Position numbers and translations under genes: made by a program
The notes under the pieces: model-generated
The model's database searches: none
What the model was told of the DNA's origin: nothing
The model's input: only the letters and a program-made list of their open reading frames with translations
Part shown: positions 18,095 to 25,328 of the stretch, in pieces
Position numbering within the stretch: the stretch's first letter is position 1
Layout: each line of letters opens with the position of its first letter
From: Acidimicrobiia bacterium
GTDB lineage: Bacteria > Actinomycetota > Acidimicrobiia > Acidimicrobiales > JANYDT01
Reading direction: 5' to 3'
Assembly: GCA_043743435.1 (NCBI GenBank)
Contig: JAYTWN010000242.1
Span: 1-37,269, forward strand
Length of the DNA stretch: 37,269 nt

Positions 18095-18321
18095 GGCGCA
18101 GAACGCTCCATACGTGTCATTGCTTTCAGTGATGCAGCCTTGCTTGGAGGTTTAGTCCCCGCTAGTTCAGCGTCAGCCAACAGTTGCTGGGCGAGGCTCA
18201 TCCCCGGATGGGTGGCGGCGTGATGTCGGAGCTGATTGGCAACCCAGGTGGAGAATGGAACATCCAGGCTGTCAATGATCGGCACGACGTCGTCGGGAAC
18301 GCTGATGGTTTTGTTCGGCAC
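18088..18321 (-). CDS. Cognate antitoxin (RHH/MazE-like N-terminus, disordered C-terminus)
   Basis: This 77-aa ORF lies immediately upstream of the toxin and overlaps it by 7 nt (ATGGTGA). The N-terminus KTISVPDDVVPIIDSL..PFSTWVANQLRHH resembles ribbon-helix-helix antitoxins. Confidence 0.7.
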   Translation of the reverse strand: MPNKTISVPDDVVPIIDSLDVPFSTWVANQLRHHAATHPGMSLAQQLLADAELAGTKPPSKAASLKAMTRMERSAPW

Positions 18322-18511
18322 GTACGTATCTTACATACATATAACTTTCTTGCCGAGAGCGAGGGCTGCCGTGCGGAAATGCAGCAGAGGTAGGAGAGTA
18401 CGCCCTGAACGTAGATGGCCGACGGATTACCTGCGTCCCAGCAAGGTAGCGGGTCAATGCAGTGTCGATGAGATTTGGTTTCGCGAATCGAGTTTCCAGC
18501 ACCAGTTCGGG

Positions 18512-20059
18512 CTAGCTAATCTCGGGAATTGGATGGGGTGGGGGTGGGCCCACGTAGCGGGCACTTGGTCGGATGATCTTTGAATCGGCCGCCTGCTCAA
18601 GGATGTTGGCTGACCATCCAATCACTCGGCTCGAGGCAAACGTGGGTGTAAACATGGCTGGGGAAAGGCCAACAGTTGCCATCACTACGCCTGCGAAGAA
18701 CTCGACGTTGGTGTACAACTCCCGTCCAGGTTTGAGCTCGGCGAGAAGTTCCACGATTCTGCGCTCCACCTTCACGCCGAGCTCAGCGAGTGGACCTCCG
18801 AGGGAAATTGCGATGTCGCGCAACATCAACGACCTGGGATCATCGGTTCGGTAGACAGGATGACCAAATCCCATGATCCGCTCCCCATTTTCAATCTTCG
18901 GTCGCACCACTTCGTCGATTCGATCAACGGTTCCGATCTCATCGAGAAGGTCGAGTGCTCGGCTTGGCGCTCCGCCGTGCAAAGGTCCCGACAGAGAGGC
19001 GACACCACCTACAACAGCTGCAGCGCAATCGGCCCCCGTCGACGCGATCACGCGGGCGGTAAATGTTGACGCGTTGAATCCATGATCGATCGTGGACACG
19101 AGGTACTGCTCAATGGCTCGAACATGTTGCGGTGACCCCTCCACGCCGTTCATCATCCATAAATAGTTTTGTGCATACGTCAAGCCGGGTTTTGGATCAA
19201 TGGGTGTTTGAGCAATCCCAAGTCGGTACAGTGTGCAAAGGATGACCGGAGTTACCGCACAAAGTCTGAGGAGGTTCTGGCGGCGCTCAGCTGGGCTTGC
19301 ATCGAGCACAGGCCGCATTCGATCATGTGCGCCGATCATGGACAGCGCGCTGCGAAGGCCGTCGAGCGGACCAACGCCGTTCACTAGCGATGGCAGCAGG
19401 TGCGCGATTGGTTCAGGAATGGTGCGCATGGCGTTCACTTCTTCAGTAAATGCGTTTCGTTCTGCGAGGGTGGTTGGCAGCGAACCATCGATCATTAAAC
19501 GCCAAACGTCTTCGAGACTTCTGTTCCGTGCGAGGTCGGTAGCTGAGTATTGGCGATAGTGATAGAAGCCTTCGCGTCCGCGAACGTCACCCACTTCGGT
19601 TTCTGAAACGACAACACCTTTAAGGCCACGGGGGACCTCGGGAACAGTGTCCGATGGTGAAGTGATGTTTGCAATTCGCATCAAGTCTCGAAGCGAGATG
19701 ACGCCGACAACTTCACCACCATGTACGACAGGGGCGTGTCGATAACCGCGTTCGCGCATTGTCCTCAGCGCGGTCGACCCATCCTCTTTGGCGTCAATGA
19801 CATCGACAGGGCTACTCATAACTTCGCTCAAGGGCGAATCAATACTCCCGTCTTTGGCAAGCTGGCGAAGGACGTCGCGTTCGGTAACGATGCCGAGAAG
19901 TGTTCGCCCTTCGACAATCAATACCGAGCCAACCCGTTGATCATGCATTCGGCGTATTGCCGTGGAAAGAGGCTCATCCGGTGATGCAGTAACCGCGGGA
20001 TGAGTCGCAATCGAATCGACAGAGAGGAGGGCGGTGGCGGTGGCGGTGGCTGTAGTCAT
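18512..20059 (-). CDS. CBS-pair domain fused to a citrate synthase / 2-methylcitrate synthase-family enzyme
   Basis: Two CBS motifs occupy the N-terminal 150 aa or so (RVGSVLIVEGRTLLGIVTERDVLRQL; YRHAPVVHGGEVVGVISLRDLMRI). The citrate-synthase core follows: GLKGVVVSETEVG...FYHYRQYS, GPLHGGAPS, GFGHPVYRTDDPR, LYTNVEFFAG, SRVIGWSANILEQ and IIRPSARYVGP. The start is ATG 20059 or ATG 20098. Confidence 0.88.
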   Translation of the reverse strand: MTTATATATALLSVDSIATHPAVTASPDEPLSTAIRRMHDQRVGSVLIVEGRTLLGIVTERDVLRQLAKDGSIDSPLSEVMSSPVDVIDAKEDGSTALRTMRERGYRHAPVVHGGEVVGVISLRDLMRIANITSPSDTVPEVPRGLKGVVVSETEVGDVRGREGFYHYRQYSATDLARNRSLEDVWRLMIDGSLPTTLAERNAFTEEVNAMRTIPEPIAHLLPSLVNGVGPLDGLRSALSMIGAHDRMRPVLDASPAERRQNLLRLCAVTPVILCTLYRLGIAQTPIDPKPGLTYAQNYLWMMNGVEGSPQHVRAIEQYLVSTIDHGFNASTFTARVIASTGADCAAAVVGGVASLSGPLHGGAPSRALDLLDEIGTVDRIDEVVRPKIENGERIMGFGHPVYRTDDPRSLMLRDIAISLGGPLAELGVKVERRIVELLAELKPGRELYTNVEFFAGVVMATVGLSPAMFTPTFASSRVIGWSANILEQAADSKIIRPSARYVGPPPPHPIPEIS

Positions 20060-20096
20060 ACAACTGATAGTGCTCTCGTGGCTTGTCACAGTCAAC

Positions 20097-20128
20097 ATTG
20101 ATTTTGATCAACGTTGATTTTGATCAAC
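20097..20128. promoter_or_regulatory. Two tandem 16-bp palindromic sites ((A/G)TTGATTTTGATCAAC) in the divergent promoter region of the two citrate-synthase paralogs
   Basis: ATTGATTTTGATCAAC (20097-20112) is followed directly by GTTGATTTTGATCAAC (20113-20128). Each holds the inverted repeat GTTGAT-N4-ATCAAC and the perfect 8-bp palindrome TTGATCAA. A further GTCAAC half-site lies at 20091-20096. Confidence 0.6.
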
Positions 20129-20149
20129 TATATGTGTACGCTTCAGTTT

Positions 20150-21373
20150 ATGACTCGCATGTCCACGGCCCAGGCGGCGAAGCGGCTCGGTGTGAAGCCG
20201 TCGACGATTTATGCGTATGTGAGCCGCGGAATACTGACCAGCGTTCAGTCGCTCGACGGTCGAAATAGCATGTTTTCCACTTCAGAGGTTGAACAGCTAG
20301 CGAGGCGCGGAAAACCTCGTCAATCGAGTCGTTCCCATGCGCTGGATTTCGCAATAGACACCTCGATTACGTCAATCACGCAACAGGAATTGCGCTACCG
20401 CGGGTACAACGCGATAGCGCTCGCCGCAACGGCGACTTTTGAACAAGTCGCCGATCTCTTGCTCATTGGTACATTGCCGACGCATACGTCTTGGCCGGTT
20501 TGCACAGTACCGGTTCCTGCGTCGCGGTCGATCTTTGATCACGTTGGATTCGCAACGATTCTCGCTGGGGCGACGGATCCTTTTCGAAGCGATCTCGCTC
20601 CAAGTTCCGTGGCCCAAACGTCGCGCACCCTTATAGCGGCAATCGTTGATTCACTCCCCACCCAAGGTGAGGGACGTACGCCACGTTTGCAGATTGGTGA
20701 CGAGTCGTATCTCTCTACGATCGCTGGTCGTCTTTGGACGAAACTGTCTCCTCGACGACCCACTTCGGGGATGATGTCGGTGCTCAATGCGGCCCTGGTG
20801 CTCCTAGCCGATCATGAGCTCGCGGTATCAACGGTCGCTGCCCGTGTGACTGCCTCGACACACGCCGATCCCTATGCGGTCGTGCGGGCAGGAACGGCTG
20901 CGATGAGCGGTCCCCTACATGGGGGTGCAAGCCGCTCGGCTAGGGAGATGCTTGACAATGCGCTGGCCGAGAGAGGCCGAACTGCGGCGAGTATCGACCG
21001 CGCCGCAAGCGAAGCGCTTTCCCGTTTTGGTGCATACCCAGGCTTCGGCCACAAGGTGTACAAAAGCGGTGATCCCCGAGCTGAGAAATTGCTGGCGATG
21101 TTGCGTGAAGTCGCAGGCGGCACTTCGGAGATGAGTGTTGTCGATGGAATAGTAAGTGCAATTGGGAAACGCCGCGACATACAGCCGAACATGGATCTCG
21201 CGCTGGCAGCGCTTGGTGTCGTGGCCAATTTCCCAGAAGATGCGGGTGAGTTCATTTTCTCGATCGCTCGTGTGGCCGGTTGGTGTGCACATGCGATCGA
21301 GGAGTACGCAGAAGAGCCACTCCGCTTCCGAGCCCGCGCAATCTTTGTCGACCCCGCGGGTCCGCAAATGTAG
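20150..21373 (+). CDS. MerR/excisionase-type HTH DNA-binding domain fused to a citrate synthase-family domain
   Basis: N-terminus MSTAQAAKRLGVKPSTIYAYVSRGILTS...FSTSEVEQLARRG (HTH_17-like). The citrate-synthase fold follows: ITQQELRYRGYNAIALAATATFEQVADLLLIGTLP, GPLHGGAS, YPGFGHKVYKSGDPR, QPNMDLALAAL and ARVAGWCAHAIEEY. The start is ATG 20150 or 20159. The ORF opens at TTG 20114, inside the operator repeats. Confidence 0.85.
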   Translation: MTRMSTAQAAKRLGVKPSTIYAYVSRGILTSVQSLDGRNSMFSTSEVEQLARRGKPRQSSRSHALDFAIDTSITSITQQELRYRGYNAIALAATATFEQVADLLLIGTLPTHTSWPVCTVPVPASRSIFDHVGFATILAGATDPFRSDLAPSSVAQTSRTLIAAIVDSLPTQGEGRTPRLQIGDESYLSTIAGRLWTKLSPRRPTSGMMSVLNAALVLLADHELAVSTVAARVTASTHADPYAVVRAGTAAMSGPLHGGASRSAREMLDNALAERGRTAASIDRAASEALSRFGAYPGFGHKVYKSGDPRAEKLLAMLREVAGGTSEMSVVDGIVSAIGKRRDIQPNMDLALAALGVVANFPEDAGEFIFSIARVAGWCAHAIEEYAEEPLRFRARAIFVDPAGPQM

Positions 21374-21547
21374 CGAGCATTTCAAGGAGCCCACCCGGCA
21401 ATCAGTAATACTACAAATACATAGTTGACGTTAAGGGCCGCACCGATCTGGGGAACCTGGGAGCTAGGGGTTTTTCCGTCCGTTTGACTCCGTGGCGAAA
21501 AGCATTGTGCTGTGCTCGATTGAGCACTCTCCTTTCGGCTGGTTCTC

Positions 21548-22279
21548 TTAGTGGAAATCGTGACCGTGTTTGAGCATGTGGGCGGCGCCGTGGGGTTCGT
21601 TGAGGGCGGAGTTTTTGCCGAAGATGCTTTCTTTTTGTGCGCCGTAGGCCTTTCGGTTTGCGCCGAGCGGTGCCAGTTCTGATGCTCGTCTGCGTGCGGC
21701 ATCGAGGAGTTCATGGGCGCTGGTGATTTGGCTAACGATTCCCGCAGCAAGTGCATCCGGTCCAGCCCATCGGCGAGCAAGTTGGACGGTTTCAAAGAAG
21801 GTATGTGCAGATAGTTTGTGGCGAAACAGGGCGAGTTCGGGCCGGGGAATGACCATTCCTAGTTGCATTTCGTTGGCGCATACAAAGCCTCGGTCGGCCC
21901 GCATGATGCGAACGTCATGGCACATTGCAGTCATCAGCCCAGCACCAAACGCGTGACCGTTGATTGCTGCCACGGTTGGCACGGGCAACGTTATGATCCG
22001 TCCCATGAGGGCCATGAACTCGTCACCAAAAACAGATCGATCACCACCGCTAGGCGAAGCTTCGACTCCGTCGGTGGATGCGGAGATCCAATCCAGGTCG
22101 AGACCGTTAGAAAAGAACTTCTCGTTGCTCGATCGAGTGATGAGCGCAGCGGGTCCGGTCGAGGCCTCTACCTCGTCGAGCGCGTTCGCATAGGCGCGCA
22201 CGAAGGTGGTGTTCCATCGGTTTTCACCGTCGTTCATGGTGAGGATGAACAGCTCACCGTCTCGTTCTAGATCGATCAT
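21548..22279 (-). CDS. Enoyl-CoA hydratase/isomerase (crotonase) family protein
   Basis: FILTMNDGENRWN...ALITRSSNEKFFSNGLDLDW...PVPTVAAINGHAFGAGLMTAMCHDVRIM. ATG 22279 is preceded by AAGGAA. The longer ORF to 22357 starts inside a tandem repeat and is unlikely. Confidence 0.85.
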   Translation of the reverse strand: MIDLERDGELFILTMNDGENRWNTTFVRAYANALDEVEASTGPAALITRSSNEKFFSNGLDLDWISASTDGVEASPSGGDRSVFGDEFMALMGRIITLPVPTVAAINGHAFGAGLMTAMCHDVRIMRADRGFVCANEMQLGMVIPRPELALFRHKLSAHTFFETVQLARRWAGPDALAAGIVSQITSAHELLDAARRRASELAPLGANRKAYGAQKESIFGKNSALNEPHGAAHMLKHGHDFH

Positions 22280-22345
22280 GGTTTCCTTATTGGTGTGTGC
22301 CGAGCCGATGATTGCATCGGGTGAGTCATTGAGGTTCGGCCTAAT

Positions 22346-22401
22346 AGGGTGCGTCATTTAGGGTGCGTCATCCAGGGTGAGTCATTCAAGGTAGGTCCTG
22401 G
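22346..22401. repeat. Four tandem 14-bp units (AGGGTG(C/A)GTCAT-NN, the last degenerate) plus one dispersed copy at 22318-22331
   Basis: Direct reading gives AGGGTGCGTCATTT, AGGGTGCGTCATCC, AGGGTGAGTCATTC, AAGGTAGGTCCTGG. The dispersed copy is CGGGTGAGTCATTG, 15 nt upstream. The array lies between the two crotonase genes. Confidence 0.85.
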
Positions 22402-22454
22402 AGTGTTCGTGATGCACTGCGTTGCAGGTTACAGATTCTTGTGCTTACACCACA

Positions 22455-23195
22455 TCAACTTACAAACGTGTTGAGACGCGCGCCCGCACCGGACATTGGG
22501 TATTCGGTGGCGAATTCGTAGGCGAGCCCATCGTTGAGGCCATTGTTTTCCGCAGCCCTGTACAAATCTTTGTATGCGCGCTGAGAAGCTGGTGAACCTT
22601 CAGTGAGCATGACAATCAACGCATCGGCTCGTGCATCAAGTTCTGCCAGCGGGCACGATTCGGCGGCCATGCCCCAAACGGCAGCATCGGATCCCAGGAA
22701 CACACGAGCGGTGTGGCTCAACCATCGGGCCCGTGTGATGCCCACGGCAGCTACCAACCGCTGGCTCATGCCCCAAGTTGGACGCAAGCCCCATTTGGCG
22801 TGGGTGTCGCCCATTTTGGCTTCGTCGGCCACGATCATGATGTCGCAGGCGAGGGCGATTTCCAATGCCCCGGTGAAGCAGGCACCGTTGACTTTGGCCA
22901 CTGTGACTTTGTTCATCGTCGACAAAAGCTCGGCAGCTCTTCGGGCAGGAGTGTTGAGCAAATCAGAGACATCGCCGCCATCGATTCCAGCTGCCGCAAT
23001 CGCTTTGAGATCTACACCCGCGCAGAAGGCACGCCCAACACCGGTCAGAACAACTACCGTCACGGCAGTGTCACCGGCTGCGCCTTCTAGTGCGACGACG
23101 AGTTGGCTCAGTAGCTCCGGTGTAAGTGCATTGAGTGCTTCGGGGCGGTTAAGTTTAATGGTGCAAACGTTTCTTGCGGTCTCGGTCAGAATCAT
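22455..23195 (-). CDS. Enoyl-CoA hydratase/isomerase (crotonase) family protein
   Basis: VCTIKLNRPEALNALTPEL...VVVLTGVGRAFCAGVDLKAI...KVTVAKVNGACFTGALEIALACDIMIV. Confidence 0.88.
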   Translation of the reverse strand: MILTETARNVCTIKLNRPEALNALTPELLSQLVVALEGAAGDTAVTVVVLTGVGRAFCAGVDLKAIAAAGIDGGDVSDLLNTPARRAAELLSTMNKVTVAKVNGACFTGALEIALACDIMIVADEAKMGDTHAKWGLRPTWGMSQRLVAAVGITRARWLSHTARVFLGSDAAVWGMAAESCPLAELDARADALIVMLTEGSPASQRAYKDLYRAAENNGLNDGLAYEFATEYPMSGAGARLNTFVS

Positions 23196-23540
23196 GACAA
23201 CACTGTCTCAGGTTGATGGATTGGAGTCCAGGCGAGTGACTCTGGACTAAAAACCCAAGCCCGTTTGAGGACGCTCATCAGGGTCTGGTAGGTGTCTCGG
23301 AGTGCACCGAAGTCTGTGTATCCGCGGTCAAGGAGTCGTCTTGGCGCTTTTGCCGATTCGGGGCGTTGACTACCACGACACCTACCATGGCCCCGTTGTG
23401 GATGGCTAGCGCAGAGAAGTTTGTTCCCTCGGTGGGACTAGCTGGGTCACCGCGCATCCGTGCAAAGCTGACCCAGCTAGCAGACCAGCAGACCGGCAGA
23501 TTTGCGGATATACCGATCGAGATTGTGAAAACCTTGAAGC

Positions 23541-24287
23541 ATGAAAATTGGTGTGCAAATTCATCCGCAGGGAACCACAACTGATGCAATGCGAACCGCA
23601 TGGCAAAACGCTGACGCCATGGGTGTCGATTCATTGTGGGTTTGGGACCATTTCTATCCTCTTTACGGCGATGAAAACGCGTCGCATTTCGAGTGCTACT
23701 CACTCCTTGCCGCCATGGCCGTAACCACCTCGCATGCCACCATTGGTGCGCTTGTAACTTGCAACTCCTACCGAAATCCGCAGTTGTTGGCCGACATGAG
23801 CCGCACAATCGATCACCTTTCCACTGGACGGTTCATTCTCGGCATTGGGTCGGGCTGGTTCGAGCGTGACTACACCGAATATGGGTACGAATTCGGCACC
23901 GCTCCTGGACGACTGAAGGCCCTGGCTCGGGACCTTCCAATTTTGAAAGACCGTATGGCCAAGTTGAATCCCGGCCCGGTGAATGGTTCGATTCCGATCA
24001 TGATTGGTGGCGGAGGCGAGAAGGTCACGCTTCGGTTGGTAGCTCGTCATGCCAAGATTTGGAACGGGTTTGGCACCCCAGCGGAATTGAAGGCCAAAAA
24101 CGCCATCATCGACGAATGGTGCAAGGTTGAAGGTACTGATCCAAAAGCTATTGAACGCACAACGCTTGCTATGGGTGCTTTCGATATCGATGAGATGGCC
24201 GCGGCGGGAATTGATCACGTGATTATGGCCTCGGGTAGCCCATTCGATTTGAGTGCTGTTGAAGCAGTACTCGCCAAAGTTCGCTGA
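23541..24287 (+). CDS. Luciferase-like monooxygenase (LLM) class, probably an F420-dependent oxidoreductase
   Basis: MKIGVQIHPQG...GVDSLWVWDHFYPL...ECYSLLAAMAVTTSHATIGALVTCNSYRNPQLLADMSRTIDHLSTGRFILGIGSGWFERDY. Cofactor assignment is by family resemblance only. Confidence 0.72.
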   Translation: MKIGVQIHPQGTTTDAMRTAWQNADAMGVDSLWVWDHFYPLYGDENASHFECYSLLAAMAVTTSHATIGALVTCNSYRNPQLLADMSRTIDHLSTGRFILGIGSGWFERDYTEYGYEFGTAPGRLKALARDLPILKDRMAKLNPGPVNGSIPIMIGGGGEKVTLRLVARHAKIWNGFGTPAELKAKNAIIDEWCKVEGTDPKAIERTTLAMGAFDIDEMAAAGIDHVIMASGSPFDLSAVEAVLAKVR

Positions 24288-25289
24288 TTACCTAACGTCG
24301 AGGATGAGGCGAATGTCGGCGCCGAGTTGGGTTACGGAGTGGAACGAGCCCCGCCACAGGTCGGTCATGGTGGGGGCTCCGGGGCCGGCAAAAAGGGGTT
24401 GACCGTCATCACCACCCAGCAGGGCAGGTGCTATGTAGACGTAGTATTGATCGACCAGACCGGCTCGATGAAACGATCCAGCCACGGTGGCTCCGCCTTC
24501 AACCAACAGTTGGAGATGACCTCTGCGGCCGAGCTCGTCGAGCACGTCGGTGAGGTCGCCTTGAACTTCGAGACAGGGTTGGACCCTTGCAGATTCAGCG
24601 ACACTTCCAAGCACATAGCGAGCAGGATCACGACCTTCGACCATTCGGACCGTGAGGGAAGGATCGTCGGCGCGTACGGTCCCGGCTCCCACCAAGATGG
24701 CATCGCATTCGGCACGCAATTGGTGAACGTCGCGTCGGGCTTCTTCGCCGGTAATCCATACCGACGTTCCATCGGGTGCAGCGATCCGGCCGTCAAGAGT
24801 CATGGCCAACTTCAACACCACGAAGGGTCGACCGGTCCGCCGTTGATGCAAATACGGTTTGAGTTGTCTCTCAACCAGGGACGCGCCAACGCCTTCGACC
24901 ACTTCGATACCGGCATCACGCAGTCGAGCAATACCCTGCCCGGCTACCTTCACATCGGGATCGCGTACAGCCACAACCACACGGGAAACACCTGCTTCGA
25001 TGATCGCGTCGGCGCAGGGCGGTGTGCGTCCGTAATGGGAGCACGGTTCCAACGTAACGAAAAGGGTGGCACCGCGTGCGAGGTCCCCCGCTTCACGTAA
25101 CGCCATCACTTCAGCGTGGGGGCCGCCGGGAGGTTGGGTGCGTCCGGTGGCGATCACTCGACGTTGCGCATCGAGCAACACGGCCCCAACCCAAGGATTT
25201 GGTGCGGTCCACAATCGGGACTTCGTGGCGACTTCAATGGCCAACTCCATCGCTGCTTGGTCATCGAGCGGACCGGCTACCAGGCTCAT
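24288..25289 (-). CDS. ribD: Bifunctional diaminohydroxyphosphoribosylaminopyrimidine deaminase / 5-amino-6-(5-phosphoribosylamino)uracil reductase
   Basis: Deaminase zinc motifs HAEVMALREAG and TLEPCSHYGRTPPCADAI. Reductase half: FVVLKLAMTLDGRIAAPDG...ILVGAGTVRADDPSLTVR...LLVEGGATVAGSF. Its stop abuts the LLM stop with 0 nt between them. Confidence 0.93.
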   Translation of the reverse strand: MSLVAGPLDDQAAMELAIEVATKSRLWTAPNPWVGAVLLDAQRRVIATGRTQPPGGPHAEVMALREAGDLARGATLFVTLEPCSHYGRTPPCADAIIEAGVSRVVVAVRDPDVKVAGQGIARLRDAGIEVVEGVGASLVERQLKPYLHQRRTGRPFVVLKLAMTLDGRIAAPDGTSVWITGEEARRDVHQLRAECDAILVGAGTVRADDPSLTVRMVEGRDPARYVLGSVAESARVQPCLEVQGDLTDVLDELGRRGHLQLLVEGGATVAGSFHRAGLVDQYYVYIAPALLGGDDGQPLFAGPGAPTMTDLWRGSFHSVTQLGADIRLILDVR

Positions 25290-25328
25290 AGAGCTACCCC
25301 TTCAAGGTTTTGCGAAGCGGACGGATCA

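Noticed and set aside
22603-23250. Long antisense ORFs opposite real genes. Examples are 699-1301(-), 1374-1976(-), 7022-7579(+), 8489-9157(+), 10389-10886(+), 11303-11902(-), 17180-17626(+), 22603-23250(+), 24327-25100(+), 25116-26009(+), 31786-32328(-) and 35898-36296(+).
   Set aside because: Each lies opposite a gene with strong family motifs. Their translations are Arg/Ser/Pro/Gly-rich low-information sequences, typical of shadow frames in GC-rich DNA.
23278-23808. A 176-aa minus-strand ORF spanning the crotonase/LLM divergent region and the LLM start.
   Set aside because: It overlaps the well-supported LLM gene on the opposite strand. The composition is Arg/Trp/Cys-rich and unprotein-like, and it has no recognisable motif.
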